Source: Candidatus Micrarchaeota archaeon
Lineage (GTDB): Archaea; Micrarchaeota; Micrarchaeia; Anstonellales; Bilamarchaeaceae
Reading direction: 5' to 3'
Assembly: GCA_038046805.1 (NCBI GenBank)
Contig: JBBSVO010000002.1
Coordinates: 147,945-169,319 of the forward strand
DNA length: 21,375 nucleotides
Shown here: positions 7,305 through 16,196 of the stretch, piece by piece
How the letters are laid out: every line of letters starts with the position of its first letter
Numbering within the stretch: the stretch's first letter is position 1
Notes under the pieces: model-generated
What the model was told of the DNA's origin: nothing
What the model saw: the letters and a program-made list of their open reading frames with translations, nothing else
Databases searched by the model: none
Made by a program: the position numbers and the translations under genes

Positions 7305-9307
7305 TGAGATTTTCGACTGGCATGCTGGCGGTATTTATTGCGGTGCTCGTTCTTGCACCTGTTGTCCTAGCCCAACCGCTCGGTTTGACAACTGGTGATA
7401 CAACAAAACTGGTTGAAAAAACAGAAACTTCAACTGCGCTCGAGCTTGTGAAATACTGGAAAGAACTTTCTGTGCTCGCCCTGTTAATCTCGGCAGTACT
7501 AATTGCACTTGCATATATGTATGGTAATGCATTTGATCAACCTGATTTGAAGGCATGGGCTTCTGTTGAAATCAACCAGGTTATCTCCACTGCGATAATA
7601 ATCCTGGTCCTGTTTGTGGCAGTGGCCTTCCTTGATACCATTGTTGCCGGAGCGGTTGAAGAAAGCGCGCTTCCGAATCTTAAATGTGAGGTTGGCACTC
7701 CATGTGGAATAACAATAGCGCACGCCTATCTTGATACAATGATAAACAACGCGCACAAGGATTCCCGCAGCATTCTCAAACAATCATTTAATTATGCAAA
7801 GGATGCAGCGAAAAGAAGCGGATATAGCTGCAACATGTTTATTCTCCCGATTCCTTGTTTGTGGGCTTCAATTTCTGTGGGTGATGAGCCCCACCTGATT
7901 CTTCAGACTGAGCGACTCAATGCAGTTCTTGATTACTACAACAACATCATTGCCTCAATGAGCGCGCAGAGATTTTTCGTGGATAATATTTCGTTCCGCC
8001 TTGGTCCGGCTATTCTTTTAGTCGGAATCGTGGCACGTTCATTTCCGTTCACGCGAAAGGTCGGTGGTCTTCTTATCGCCGTTGCTGTTGGAGTAATTTT
8101 CGTTTTCCCGCTTATGTATATATTCAATTGGTTCACGCTTAATGTCATGATATTTGGGGATAAGGTATTTGGAAGTGCAGATGCGGTTTGTCCTGCGGAA
8201 TGCCTTGAACCCGCGCCAATTGCATATGCATTTGATCTCTTTACAGGTAAATTTATCAAATTCCAAAGCCTGAACGGCTCCGTCAAATACATCATGGACA
8301 AAACCGGCGTCAGCGAGGAAGATGCATTTGACAATATGAAAAAAGTGGCAAAAGGCACACTTTCCATCTATCAACCAGGGGGCGGAGTTAATATCATGTA
8401 TTCCTGCGAAGCTGAGGCAAATTTTACGAAAAATTATGGGATAACTGATACAGATGCATACTGCCCGCAAATCTGTCGTCAGCTTCCTTATCCAAATATT
8501 CCTTCATGCGCAAATGAAAGCACCCAACTTGCCTGTAGCATGCTCACTCCGTTTTGCAAGGTTTATCGGTACGTTAATATGTCCAAGGTGGACCCAGGGA
8601 AACTAGTCGAAGCGGATGCAAAATGCCCGGTCAAATGCAGGACAATTCCCCCTATGAAATCCAATTGCGCGGTGTTTGATCCAAGTCCAGAGGGAAGCGG
8701 CTTGTGGGGGGGTCTTGGGACAGGGTTAATCTCTCAAAAATGTAATTTTCAGACTGGCGGCTTCGAAAAGGACTGTGTAAAAAAAGTCCTTGAAGATGAT
8801 ATAGATTACTGCCTCAAGTCTTCTTTTGATTGCAGATATACCTTCCAGGAGGACCCAGAATGGGAGCAACCCAGCTGTAATGGAGAGCATGTTGACGCCT
8901 GCCCTCCGATTGGAGAGGGTGATTATCTTGGTAACACTGCACTTGAAAAGTCTTTGGAATCCTGTGTTTATGGAATAGCAGGGGATTCGGACCTGAAGCT
9001 GCTTGATGAAGACTGCAGCGGATGTATTTTTGTTGAAAATGAATTCACGTTTGATCCTCCGGTTTATACTAACTGTGCGTCAGCCTGTTCAGGGGAAGGG
9101 GCTTCTCTGCTTTCGGTTTCTGACATAGTAAAACAATCAGGAGAGGGAATGGTTGGGCGAGAGGATATAAAGAGCATCAGCAAGATGATGATTCCTGCAT
9201 ACGTGCTTCCTCTTTTGAATATTCTCGTAACACTGATGTTCATCAAGACATTCTCGCAGATATTGGGCGGGGATATTGAAATTCCGGGAGTTCCAAAGGT
9301 GCTGTAA
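7304..9307 (+). CDS. multi-pass membrane protein, CedA/VirB6-like paralog 3 with large Cys-rich loop (~667 aa)
   Basis: SD AGGTGAT at 7291-7297 supports ATG 7304. Signal peptide (..APVVLA|Q), motif A AYMYGNAFDQPDLKAWASVE, motif B VGIVARSFPFTRKVGGLLIAVAVGVIFVFP, tail IKTFSQILGGDIEI. Confidence 0.78.
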   Translation: MRFSTGMLAVFIAVLVLAPVVLAQPLGLTTGDTTKLVEKTETSTALELVKYWKELSVLALLISAVLIALAYMYGNAFDQPDLKAWASVEINQVISTAIIILVLFVAVAFLDTIVAGAVEESALPNLKCEVGTPCGITIAHAYLDTMINNAHKDSRSILKQSFNYAKDAAKRSGYSCNMFILPIPCLWASISVGDEPHLILQTERLNAVLDYYNNIIASMSAQRFFVDNISFRLGPAILLVGIVARSFPFTRKVGGLLIAVAVGVIFVFPLMYIFNWFTLNVMIFGDKVFGSADAVCPAECLEPAPIAYAFDLFTGKFIKFQSLNGSVKYIMDKTGVSEEDAFDNMKKVAKGTLSIYQPGGGVNIMYSCEAEANFTKNYGITDTDAYCPQICRQLPYPNIPSCANESTQLACSMLTPFCKVYRYVNMSKVDPGKLVEADAKCPVKCRTIPPMKSNCAVFDPSPEGSGLWGGLGTGLISQKCNFQTGGFEKDCVKKVLEDDIDYCLKSSFDCRYTFQEDPEWEQPSCNGEHVDACPPIGEGDYLGNTALEKSLESCVYGIAGDSDLKLLDEDCSGCIFVENEFTFDPPVYTNCASACSGEGASLLSVSDIVKQSGEGMVGREDIKSISKMMIPAYVLPLLNILVTLMFIKTFSQILGGDIEIPGVPKVL

Positions 9308-9320
9308 AGGTGCGATGCAT

Positions 9321-10382
9321 ATGGGTTCGTTAAGATTTTGTCTGGCTGCGTTCGTTCTTCTAATGCTGTCACCATTATTATTCGCGGTTAGCGGAACTGC
9401 TCTTGGCTGGCAGACGATCGGATTTCTTGCGATACTGGTCTCAGCCACAATCCTTGCGCTTGCGTATGCATTCGGCCATGGGCTTGGTATAAGCGAGCTG
9501 GAATTTCTTGCAAAAGAGGAGATGTACCAACTCATAATTACTGCGGTTCTCATGGGCTCATTGGTTGGTGCTGCGGCAGCTCTTGATGAATTTTCAAAGG
9601 ATTTAGGAAAATCTGCTGGCGCGACCGGAAGCGGTTCATCAACAACAATTCAGGCGCTTGCAATACAGAAAATTGATGATTCATTGAATTCTTTGGAAGG
9701 CATATTCAATAAGGTCAAAGACATTTCAGATGATGTTGCGCAGGAATCTTCAAGGAGTGCGTTCTGCAGCTTCTTCAGCGTTAGTGCAAACATTGCCTCG
9801 TGCGGGGCATACAGAATGCTTACTCCGCCTTTGTCCTTTGGCTATCAGGCAATTTCCCTTTCAATGATGGAGCTCGGAGCCGTAAAAACATTGCTTGAAA
9901 TCGGAAAGGATTACGTATTTTCTATATTCCTTCCGATAGGGCTTATCCTGCGCACGTTCAAATTCACGCGCGGTGCCGGAGGGCTTCTTCTCGCGGTCGG
10001 AGTCGCATTTTACTTTGTCTTTCCGATTGCAATCGTTTTCTTACATGGAATCGCGGATGCGTTTGTCGCAGACGATCCACCTGCAGGCTACATGGGAAAG
10101 GCTCAGGTTCATCCAGAATATGGTTCTACATCCGGTATATCCGGAGTTTCTTGTGATATTTGGGAAACCAGTTCCGCTATTTATGATAGTTCAAATGCTG
10201 CTGACGCAATCGGAACCCTTGATTCAATGCAAACTCAATTTGCTTCCTATCTTTACTTTGCTTTGATAAAATCCACATTTACTTCTATAATTGCTCTTCT
10301 TACAATGGTTACGAGCATAAGATGGCTTGCATCTGTTGCGGGTGCGGATGTTGATGTTTCAGTATTGTCAAAGGTGTCCTGA
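9321..10382 (+). CDS. multi-pass membrane protein, CedA/VirB6-like paralog 4 (~353 aa)
   Basis: SD AGGTG at 9308-9312 favours ATG 9321 (9315 is an alternative). Motif A AYAFGHGLGISELEFLAKEE, motif B LPIGLILRTFKFTRGAGGLLLAVGVAFYFVFP, tail IRWLASVAGADVDV. Confidence 0.75.
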   Translation: MGSLRFCLAAFVLLMLSPLLFAVSGTALGWQTIGFLAILVSATILALAYAFGHGLGISELEFLAKEEMYQLIITAVLMGSLVGAAAALDEFSKDLGKSAGATGSGSSTTIQALAIQKIDDSLNSLEGIFNKVKDISDDVAQESSRSAFCSFFSVSANIASCGAYRMLTPPLSFGYQAISLSMMELGAVKTLLEIGKDYVFSIFLPIGLILRTFKFTRGAGGLLLAVGVAFYFVFPIAIVFLHGIADAFVADDPPAGYMGKAQVHPEYGSTSGISGVSCDIWETSSAIYDSSNAADAIGTLDSMQTQFASYLYFALIKSTFTSIIALLTMVTSIRWLASVAGADVDVSVLSKVS

Positions 10383-11410
10383 TGATTTGCTCTGAAAGTT
10401 TCCTGTCAATCCTTAACGGGGGCGTGCTTTCACTTTCCGGTCTTGCGGCATTGGCCACCGGAACAATGATTGCATTAGCTTATGCGTTATCGGAAATGAT
10501 TCAGAATCCCAAGGTTCATCTCTGGGCAAAAACAGAAGCAATTCAGGTAGTTATTTCTGCCATCTCGGCAATTCTGCTTATTTCCGTGATCAACGGGCTT
10601 TGCTTGATAAACGTAGCGGATATCGCTTCCGCGACTTCTGGCGCAACAACATCGCTTTCTGGCACGTTGTCGTTTTTCGATGCTGCGGAAAGTTACATAA
10701 CCAACGCCGCGGAATACACCCACAATGTCCTGAAAATCGAACGTTACTACCTTGGGGCATTTAACATGCTTGAGGCACGGGCAAGATGGTATTGCCTTGG
10801 CGCAAGCGAGACATTAGGTGGGTTTTCCATATTCTGTTTCAATAATCCCTCCGGCAGTTCCTATTCCCCGTATGCGGGTTTCGGGACGACTTCGGTTGCA
10901 TTCAATGTTGCGTTCAATTCCGCACTTCTCTCATACCTCTCTTCGCTGAATTATCTATTCATCCTGAAGTTTTCCCTTAGCGGACTTGCGCTCCTGTTGC
11001 TTCCGCTCGGGATTTTCCTCCGCTCAATGCCTTTCATGCGCGGATTGGGCGGACTGTTCATAGCTGTTGCAATGTCTTTTTTCGTAGTCTATCCACTCAT
11101 GCTCGCGATTTTCAATTTTATTCCAAATTTGTTCGATTATCAGGGAATCCCATCCAGTTACCGGGACGAGGCTTCGCTCAGTGCGGGGGTAGGTGATGTC
11201 CTTTCCCAGATGGTTGAAAGTGACATGGTCGATTATTTCTTTGGCAGTGGTGGGAAGTATGCCGCTGCTCTTGGCATTGCCGGAAGGGCATTTATCGTCG
11301 GAGTTTTCCTTCCAACTATTGCGATGCTTGCGGCAATTGCAAGCGTGCGCTATATGTCAAAAATGTTAGGAGAAGAGATCGATTTAAGCAGGATTGTGCA
11401 GATGGTTTGA
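10382..11410 (+). CDS. multi-pass membrane protein, CedA/VirB6-like paralog 5 (342 aa)
   Basis: TGATG coupling with paralog 4. Motif A AYALSEMIQNPKVHLWAKTE, motif B LPLGIFLRSMPFMRGLGGLFIAVAMSFFVVYP, tail VRYMSKMLGEEIDL. Confidence 0.78.
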   Translation: MICSESFLSILNGGVLSLSGLAALATGTMIALAYALSEMIQNPKVHLWAKTEAIQVVISAISAILLISVINGLCLINVADIASATSGATTSLSGTLSFFDAAESYITNAAEYTHNVLKIERYYLGAFNMLEARARWYCLGASETLGGFSIFCFNNPSGSSYSPYAGFGTTSVAFNVAFNSALLSYLSSLNYLFILKFSLSGLALLLLPLGIFLRSMPFMRGLGGLFIAVAMSFFVVYPLMLAIFNFIPNLFDYQGIPSSYRDEASLSAGVGDVLSQMVESDMVDYFFGSGGKYAAALGIAGRAFIVGVFLPTIAMLAAIASVRYMSKMLGEEIDLSRIVQMV

Positions 11411-11432
11411 AAAATGCAGGTGAATTAAACAT

Positions 11433-12452
11433 ATGGTTGAAGTCTTCGGATGGCTTGCGGATTTCCAGGGAGAAGGAAACTGGTTCATGCTGACGGTTTT
11501 GGCATGCCTAGTTACAATCCTTGCCCGCACTGTAATCTGGATGTTCGCGCACGCGTTCAACATGCAGGAGCAGGAGCGCAATTCAAAAGCAGAAATAATC
11601 CAGGCATTTGCAACGATATTACTTACCGTGTGGCTTGTTTTCATTATCCAACAAGCCGAAGCAATGGCAATAAAAGACATTCTTGGTGATGCCAGTTATG
11701 TAAATTGCGGGGCAAGCCAGATTCCTGTCGTGAAGCCTGACGGCGCCACCATAAACGGTCTGGAAGTTGTAAAATGCCGCATTGACGAAAAGGCATATCC
11801 GCTTGCCGAAGTTCAGGAAAAAATCTACGACAAATCAGCGAGTGTTTTCCAGCTTCTTTCAATGTATGTTTCCATAGTTGGGGTTCCGGTCTTTCAGGGA
11901 AGCTGGAATGGTTCATGGTTCCAAGAGGCTGAGAATTACCGGCTGTTGAATGCGCTTATAACTACTTTGCTCATAGGTCTTAATTCCATCCAGGTTCTTA
12001 TAAAATATATCTCAATGAATATGCTTACTATTTTCCTTCCGTTTGGACTTTTCCTTAGAAGTTTCCATTTCACTCGTGGGGTCGGCGCATTTTTCATTGC
12101 AATAGCAATAGGCCTTTACTTTATTTTTCCAATTGTGTTTGTGCTTACGGATCCGGGCTTTGTGAAGGTGAGTAGTTCAGAGCTTGGCGGAGTTGGAATG
12201 CTCAAGGCAAAGTCCTGCTATCCGTCATTCAGTGGAGTTGTTTCTGCTGCTGCATTAAGTTCAACTGGTGCTGGCGGGGACTCTGCAGCGTCTCTTCCCT
12301 CTATGGTTGCCCTTGTGAAAAAAACTTACACCTCTCTGTTGTTGCATCCATTCGTGGCATTGTCAATAACGCTTGTATTCGTTAGGTATTTGATGTATTT
12401 CTTTGGCGGAGAGCCGTATGAGCTGATGAGATTTATGGCAAAGATGGTTTAA
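11433..12452 (+). CDS. multi-pass membrane protein, CedA/VirB6-like paralog 6 (339 aa)
   Basis: SD AGGTGA upstream. Motif A WMFAHAFNMQEQERNSKAE, motif B LPFGLFLRSFHFTRGVGAFFIAIAIGLYFIFP, tail VRYLMYFFGGE. Confidence 0.75.
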   Translation: MVEVFGWLADFQGEGNWFMLTVLACLVTILARTVIWMFAHAFNMQEQERNSKAEIIQAFATILLTVWLVFIIQQAEAMAIKDILGDASYVNCGASQIPVVKPDGATINGLEVVKCRIDEKAYPLAEVQEKIYDKSASVFQLLSMYVSIVGVPVFQGSWNGSWFQEAENYRLLNALITTLLIGLNSIQVLIKYISMNMLTIFLPFGLFLRSFHFTRGVGAFFIAIAIGLYFIFPIVFVLTDPGFVKVSSSELGGVGMLKAKSCYPSFSGVVSAAALSSTGAGGDSAASLPSMVALVKKTYTSLLLHPFVALSITLVFVRYLMYFFGGEPYELMRFMAKMV

Positions 12453-12474
12453 GACATGTGATAACGTGATAGTT

Positions 12475-15400
12475 ATGAACTCCTCAAGATTGTTTCTGTT
12501 GTTTGCGCTTGTCGCGGTTTTGATTATTGCCGGATGCACGATAAAAGAGCCTAAGAATTTTGGCTGTTGCAAGAAGGCGGATGCGAAGAATGGTCAGTGC
12601 GTGCTTGTAAATCCAGATGCATCTATCATGAATAAAGGTACGAATGGTTGTGATATCGGAACTGGTTTTTGTAATATAACTGCAGCAGAAGGAAGCGAGG
12701 ACATCACCGTTGAAGTTCCGATATGTTCTGAGGCAGAAGAGGTATCATGCATCCAGCCAGAATGTAAGGTGATGGCATGCGGTCCATATAAATTTAGACC
12801 ATCAATTGGCAGCCCATCTCTCAGTGATATGAAATCCGGTGAAGACGCGGATGGTCCATCTTCTTATGATGCCGGACCTCAGGGAATTTGGAAGATGGCG
12901 TGTGGATTCGAATATCTGGATTCTAATTTGCAAAATGTTTTCAAAAATACCAAAGGCACTTTTATAAATACATTTAGATTCGGTGTGGGGCCTTCCTTTT
13001 CAGAATATGATATCGCAAAATTTAATCTTCCGCTTTCAGATGCCGCGTGCAATGTAAATCCTGATGGCTCGGTGGACAGATATATGAACTATCTGGTAAC
13101 TCCAGATTACTATGCGGATCATCTGTCACCTTCTGCCTATAATTCAAAATATTCGCAATACAAAAATGATCCGAAAACTCCTTACCCATGGGATCCGATA
13201 CAAGATATTGGCAAGGAGGCGTGCGTTCAGGATAATCCAACCAACGAGCCGTTTAATCTGCTTCCATATGGGGGCAAAGTTGGTTCATATCTCTTTGATA
13301 AAACAGATAATAAAGTAGACTTCAGAACGAATACTATGTGCGATCCATTTAATTTACTCGAGTGCTGGAATATTTATGACGAAGACAAAAGTCTTGGATT
13401 TAGCTATGAAATAACGACATCGTTCTATGCCAATGCCCTGAGATTCCTTTATTGGGAGGATATAAAAAACCAGAAAAAAGCCCCATTCGAATGCGATGGA
13501 GGTATGGATTGTCTTTCAAGCAATTGCAACAAGGACGTTTATTCCAGAGGAGTTTGCGAAAAAACAAACGGAGAAAGTGCAAACTGTGAATGCACAACAA
13601 AATATGATGACAAATACGGTGATATAACTACCCGTTGTTTACCAGTATCTAAGTGGAAAAAGGAAGCAGATGCGCCGGAAAAGCCGACATACGAATATTT
13701 CATGGACAACGAGAGTCTCTTTAATAACAAAAATCTTAAGTTTACTGTTTGTGAACATCACAAATATCAAGGCGTGGCTCTTGGAGCTACACCTAGTGAA
13801 TGGGATGTATGTAATACCTACACAAAAGTGACGTCAAGTCCCTACTATAGTCTAACCGCAAATATCGTATTTGCAGGTACAGACCATGTCCAAAATTCAG
13901 GTTCCATTGGTTATTCTAACTTGGACGAGGAGGAGTTCAAAAAGTCTGCTCTTGTAACTGAGTGTAATATGGTTGAAGGCAAGGATTATACAGTAATAGA
14001 CAATGTGACAAAGTACTATTTTGGTAACTGGCCTAATGGAATCAGTGAGAAGTCAGTTCTAACTGGTGGTGTTTATCCACAGGATGACTCATGGAAAATT
14101 ACGTCGAATGGCATGACCGTTGGATGGGAATCTATAACCTATATTTATACCAACGACTATATCTATATTAATAGTCTGGGCACTTGCAAAGAAACCGAGG
14201 ACCCTATTAAGAAAGCACCTGTCGCAAAATCCTACGGCTGGTGCGAGCCATGCACTTATGCCACGATGGCAATGCAGAAAGTAACTGAAACGCAGTATCC
14301 GTATGATTACGATTTCGGTAAAAATATCAATTGGTTCTCTACTTCCGAAACAACAATAACTATTTCAGACCCCTCGGCCAACATTCCATATCACGAATAT
14401 TTTCAGGAAGATTATCCGGAATCCGAAAGAACGGGCGGAGTCTCATGCGATTTTTCAAAGCCTGTGTCCTCCGGTTCCCTAGATTTCAATTTCCCGGATT
14501 TTTTTATGTGTGCAAACGGCGCGGAATACCTGCCTTCTACAAAACCAGATATAATGCTAATCCAAGAACGCACTGCCGAATATCTTAAAAAAGGAATAAT
14601 CCCAGTTCTGGATGTTTCCGCTGATTCGCTCTGGAACGACCTGAAATTTGATTATTCATCTGCAAATAATAATTTTGACATTACGTGGTCAACAACCACA
14701 GGAGGATTCTTTAACACGGTTACAACTCCATATCTTGTGAATATCAAGTACCTTTTTGGAAACAATAAAGGTCCAATAATCGCAGTTGTCTCAAAAGTTT
14801 CCAAATCCGATTTTGACAATAGTTTCATAGCTCCGTTGAAGCGTTTTAATATTGCTGCCCGCGCTGCGGCAATCAAGGAATTGTGTCCGAAGTGTCTTAC
14901 CGCGGTTTATATAGATAATCCCGATGCCGGAAGCAACAGCGGGGCTGTGCTTACATTTAATTCATATGACGCCCAACGTCAGGCTGACAAGAAAACGCTT
15001 GGTGGGATCTTTGATTTTGATTACAGTACTGAAAGCTGCAACGATGCCGGAACTTCTTGCGACAAGGCACTGCTGAAATACATTGATGTTGTTTCATATA
15101 CTTTCAATGCCGCGGAAACGGTCGGCTCAAAATTCTGCGAAAATCCAGCCGCGCTTTCATTCAGCAGCTTTAGTCCCACGTTTACCGAGCTTGCGAACCT
15201 GAGCAGGACAACGCTTCAGCTTGTTGGAAAGCCCTCGCTTGTGCAAAAGTTTACTTTCCGTCAGTTCTGCAATTATCTCGGGTCTGGTTCCGTGGTTTCA
15301 AAGAAAACCGAGCAGGATATAACTGCGCGGATGCTGTCGTATCTATTCGTCAATCAGGTCGAGCTTACCAAAGCTGGTCTTATCGGGCTTATTTACAATG

Positions 15401-16131
15401 AAGAAAATTTCAAGTTCAATTCCGAAGCTGAGCCGGAATTATTTATCAGCGGAGATGTGGGATTCTCGTTCAGTGCATACCAGTATGTGGGTGTCGCCGA
15501 CGCGGGCAATCTCCCGAATACCTGCGCACTTGAGAAATCTTCTCATTATCTTTCTGAAAGCAAGCCCGCATTTTTAATTCAAAAGATTTACACTCTGCCT
15601 GCGGAGATAGCAAACTGCATGGAAAAATCTCCAGTGGAGAAAAACAATCCCGCGATATCAACCAAATGCAGGAATGGTGAAAAATGTGCAGTTCCAGATC
15701 CACTTCCTTTTGAAAAATCGGAAAGCGATTACAAATGCCCGACCGAAGTTATTCCAGAACCTTGCAAGAAATGCGCAGATAAATCTGGAGATTTCAAATG
15801 CACGTTTACTTATATGGACAACTCAAAAAAGACAATTCAAGGCAATGCTATCCCCGGCCAATGGAGTGGGCTTGATAGCAGCTATTCGGATATAATTGCA
15901 GGGCTTGGAGACGCGGGAGAAGTCTGCTGCCTTGAGGATGATGCAGGCGCGAATTACACATATATCGCAAAGGAACTTTCGTCAAGTTCAAAATCCCCGA
16001 TTATTTATTCCGCCATCGGAGATCCGAATGAGGATTGCGGGCTGGTGAATCCATCCTTGCTTAACACGTTGTGCGGGGGTCCGATGATACCGGGCGTAAA
16101 GGATTATAAGGTGACGTGCGACGTTAAGTAA
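12475..16131 (+). CDS. large Cys-rich secreted/lipoprotein-like surface protein (~1,218 aa)
   Basis: Long ORF. N-terminal hydrophobic stretch ending in lipobox-like IIAGC, many Cys clusters, no further TM segment seen. ATG 12475 is preferred and GTG 12466 is an alternative. Confidence 0.85.
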   Translation: MNSSRLFLLFALVAVLIIAGCTIKEPKNFGCCKKADAKNGQCVLVNPDASIMNKGTNGCDIGTGFCNITAAEGSEDITVEVPICSEAEEVSCIQPECKVMACGPYKFRPSIGSPSLSDMKSGEDADGPSSYDAGPQGIWKMACGFEYLDSNLQNVFKNTKGTFINTFRFGVGPSFSEYDIAKFNLPLSDAACNVNPDGSVDRYMNYLVTPDYYADHLSPSAYNSKYSQYKNDPKTPYPWDPIQDIGKEACVQDNPTNEPFNLLPYGGKVGSYLFDKTDNKVDFRTNTMCDPFNLLECWNIYDEDKSLGFSYEITTSFYANALRFLYWEDIKNQKKAPFECDGGMDCLSSNCNKDVYSRGVCEKTNGESANCECTTKYDDKYGDITTRCLPVSKWKKEADAPEKPTYEYFMDNESLFNNKNLKFTVCEHHKYQGVALGATPSEWDVCNTYTKVTSSPYYSLTANIVFAGTDHVQNSGSIGYSNLDEEEFKKSALVTECNMVEGKDYTVIDNVTKYYFGNWPNGISEKSVLTGGVYPQDDSWKITSNGMTVGWESITYIYTNDYIYINSLGTCKETEDPIKKAPVAKSYGWCEPCTYATMAMQKVTETQYPYDYDFGKNINWFSTSETTITISDPSANIPYHEYFQEDYPESERTGGVSCDFSKPVSSGSLDFNFPDFFMCANGAEYLPSTKPDIMLIQERTAEYLKKGIIPVLDVSADSLWNDLKFDYSSANNNFDITWSTTTGGFFNTVTTPYLVNIKYLFGNNKGPIIAVVSKVSKSDFDNSFIAPLKRFNIAARAAAIKELCPKCLTAVYIDNPDAGSNSGAVLTFNSYDAQRQADKKTLGGIFDFDYSTESCNDAGTSCDKALLKYIDVVSYTFNAAETVGSKFCENPAALSFSSFSPTFTELANLSRTTLQLVGKPSLVQKFTFRQFCNYLGSGSVVSKKTEQDITARMLSYLFVNQVELTKAGLIGLIYNEENFKFNSEAEPELFISGDVGFSFSAYQYVGVADAGNLPNTCALEKSSHYLSESKPAFLIQKIYTLPAEIANCMEKSPVEKNNPAISTKCRNGEKCAVPDPLPFEKSESDYKCPTEVIPEPCKKCADKSGDFKCTFTYMDNSKKTIQGNAIPGQWSGLDSSYSDIIAGLGDAGEVCCLEDDAGANYTYIAKELSSSSKSPIIYSAIGDPNEDCGLVNPSLLNTLCGGPMIPGVKDYKVTCDVK

Positions 16132-16196
16132 GCTATCAACTGCGGAAAATTAAACAAGCAACCCTGGAAAAATAAAAAACAATAAAACGAATCGAG

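Noticed and set aside
8189..16131. Cys-rich regions as multiheme cytochrome or ferredoxin domains
   Set aside because: No CxxCH or CxxCxxCxxxCP motifs. The extracellular context favours disulfides.
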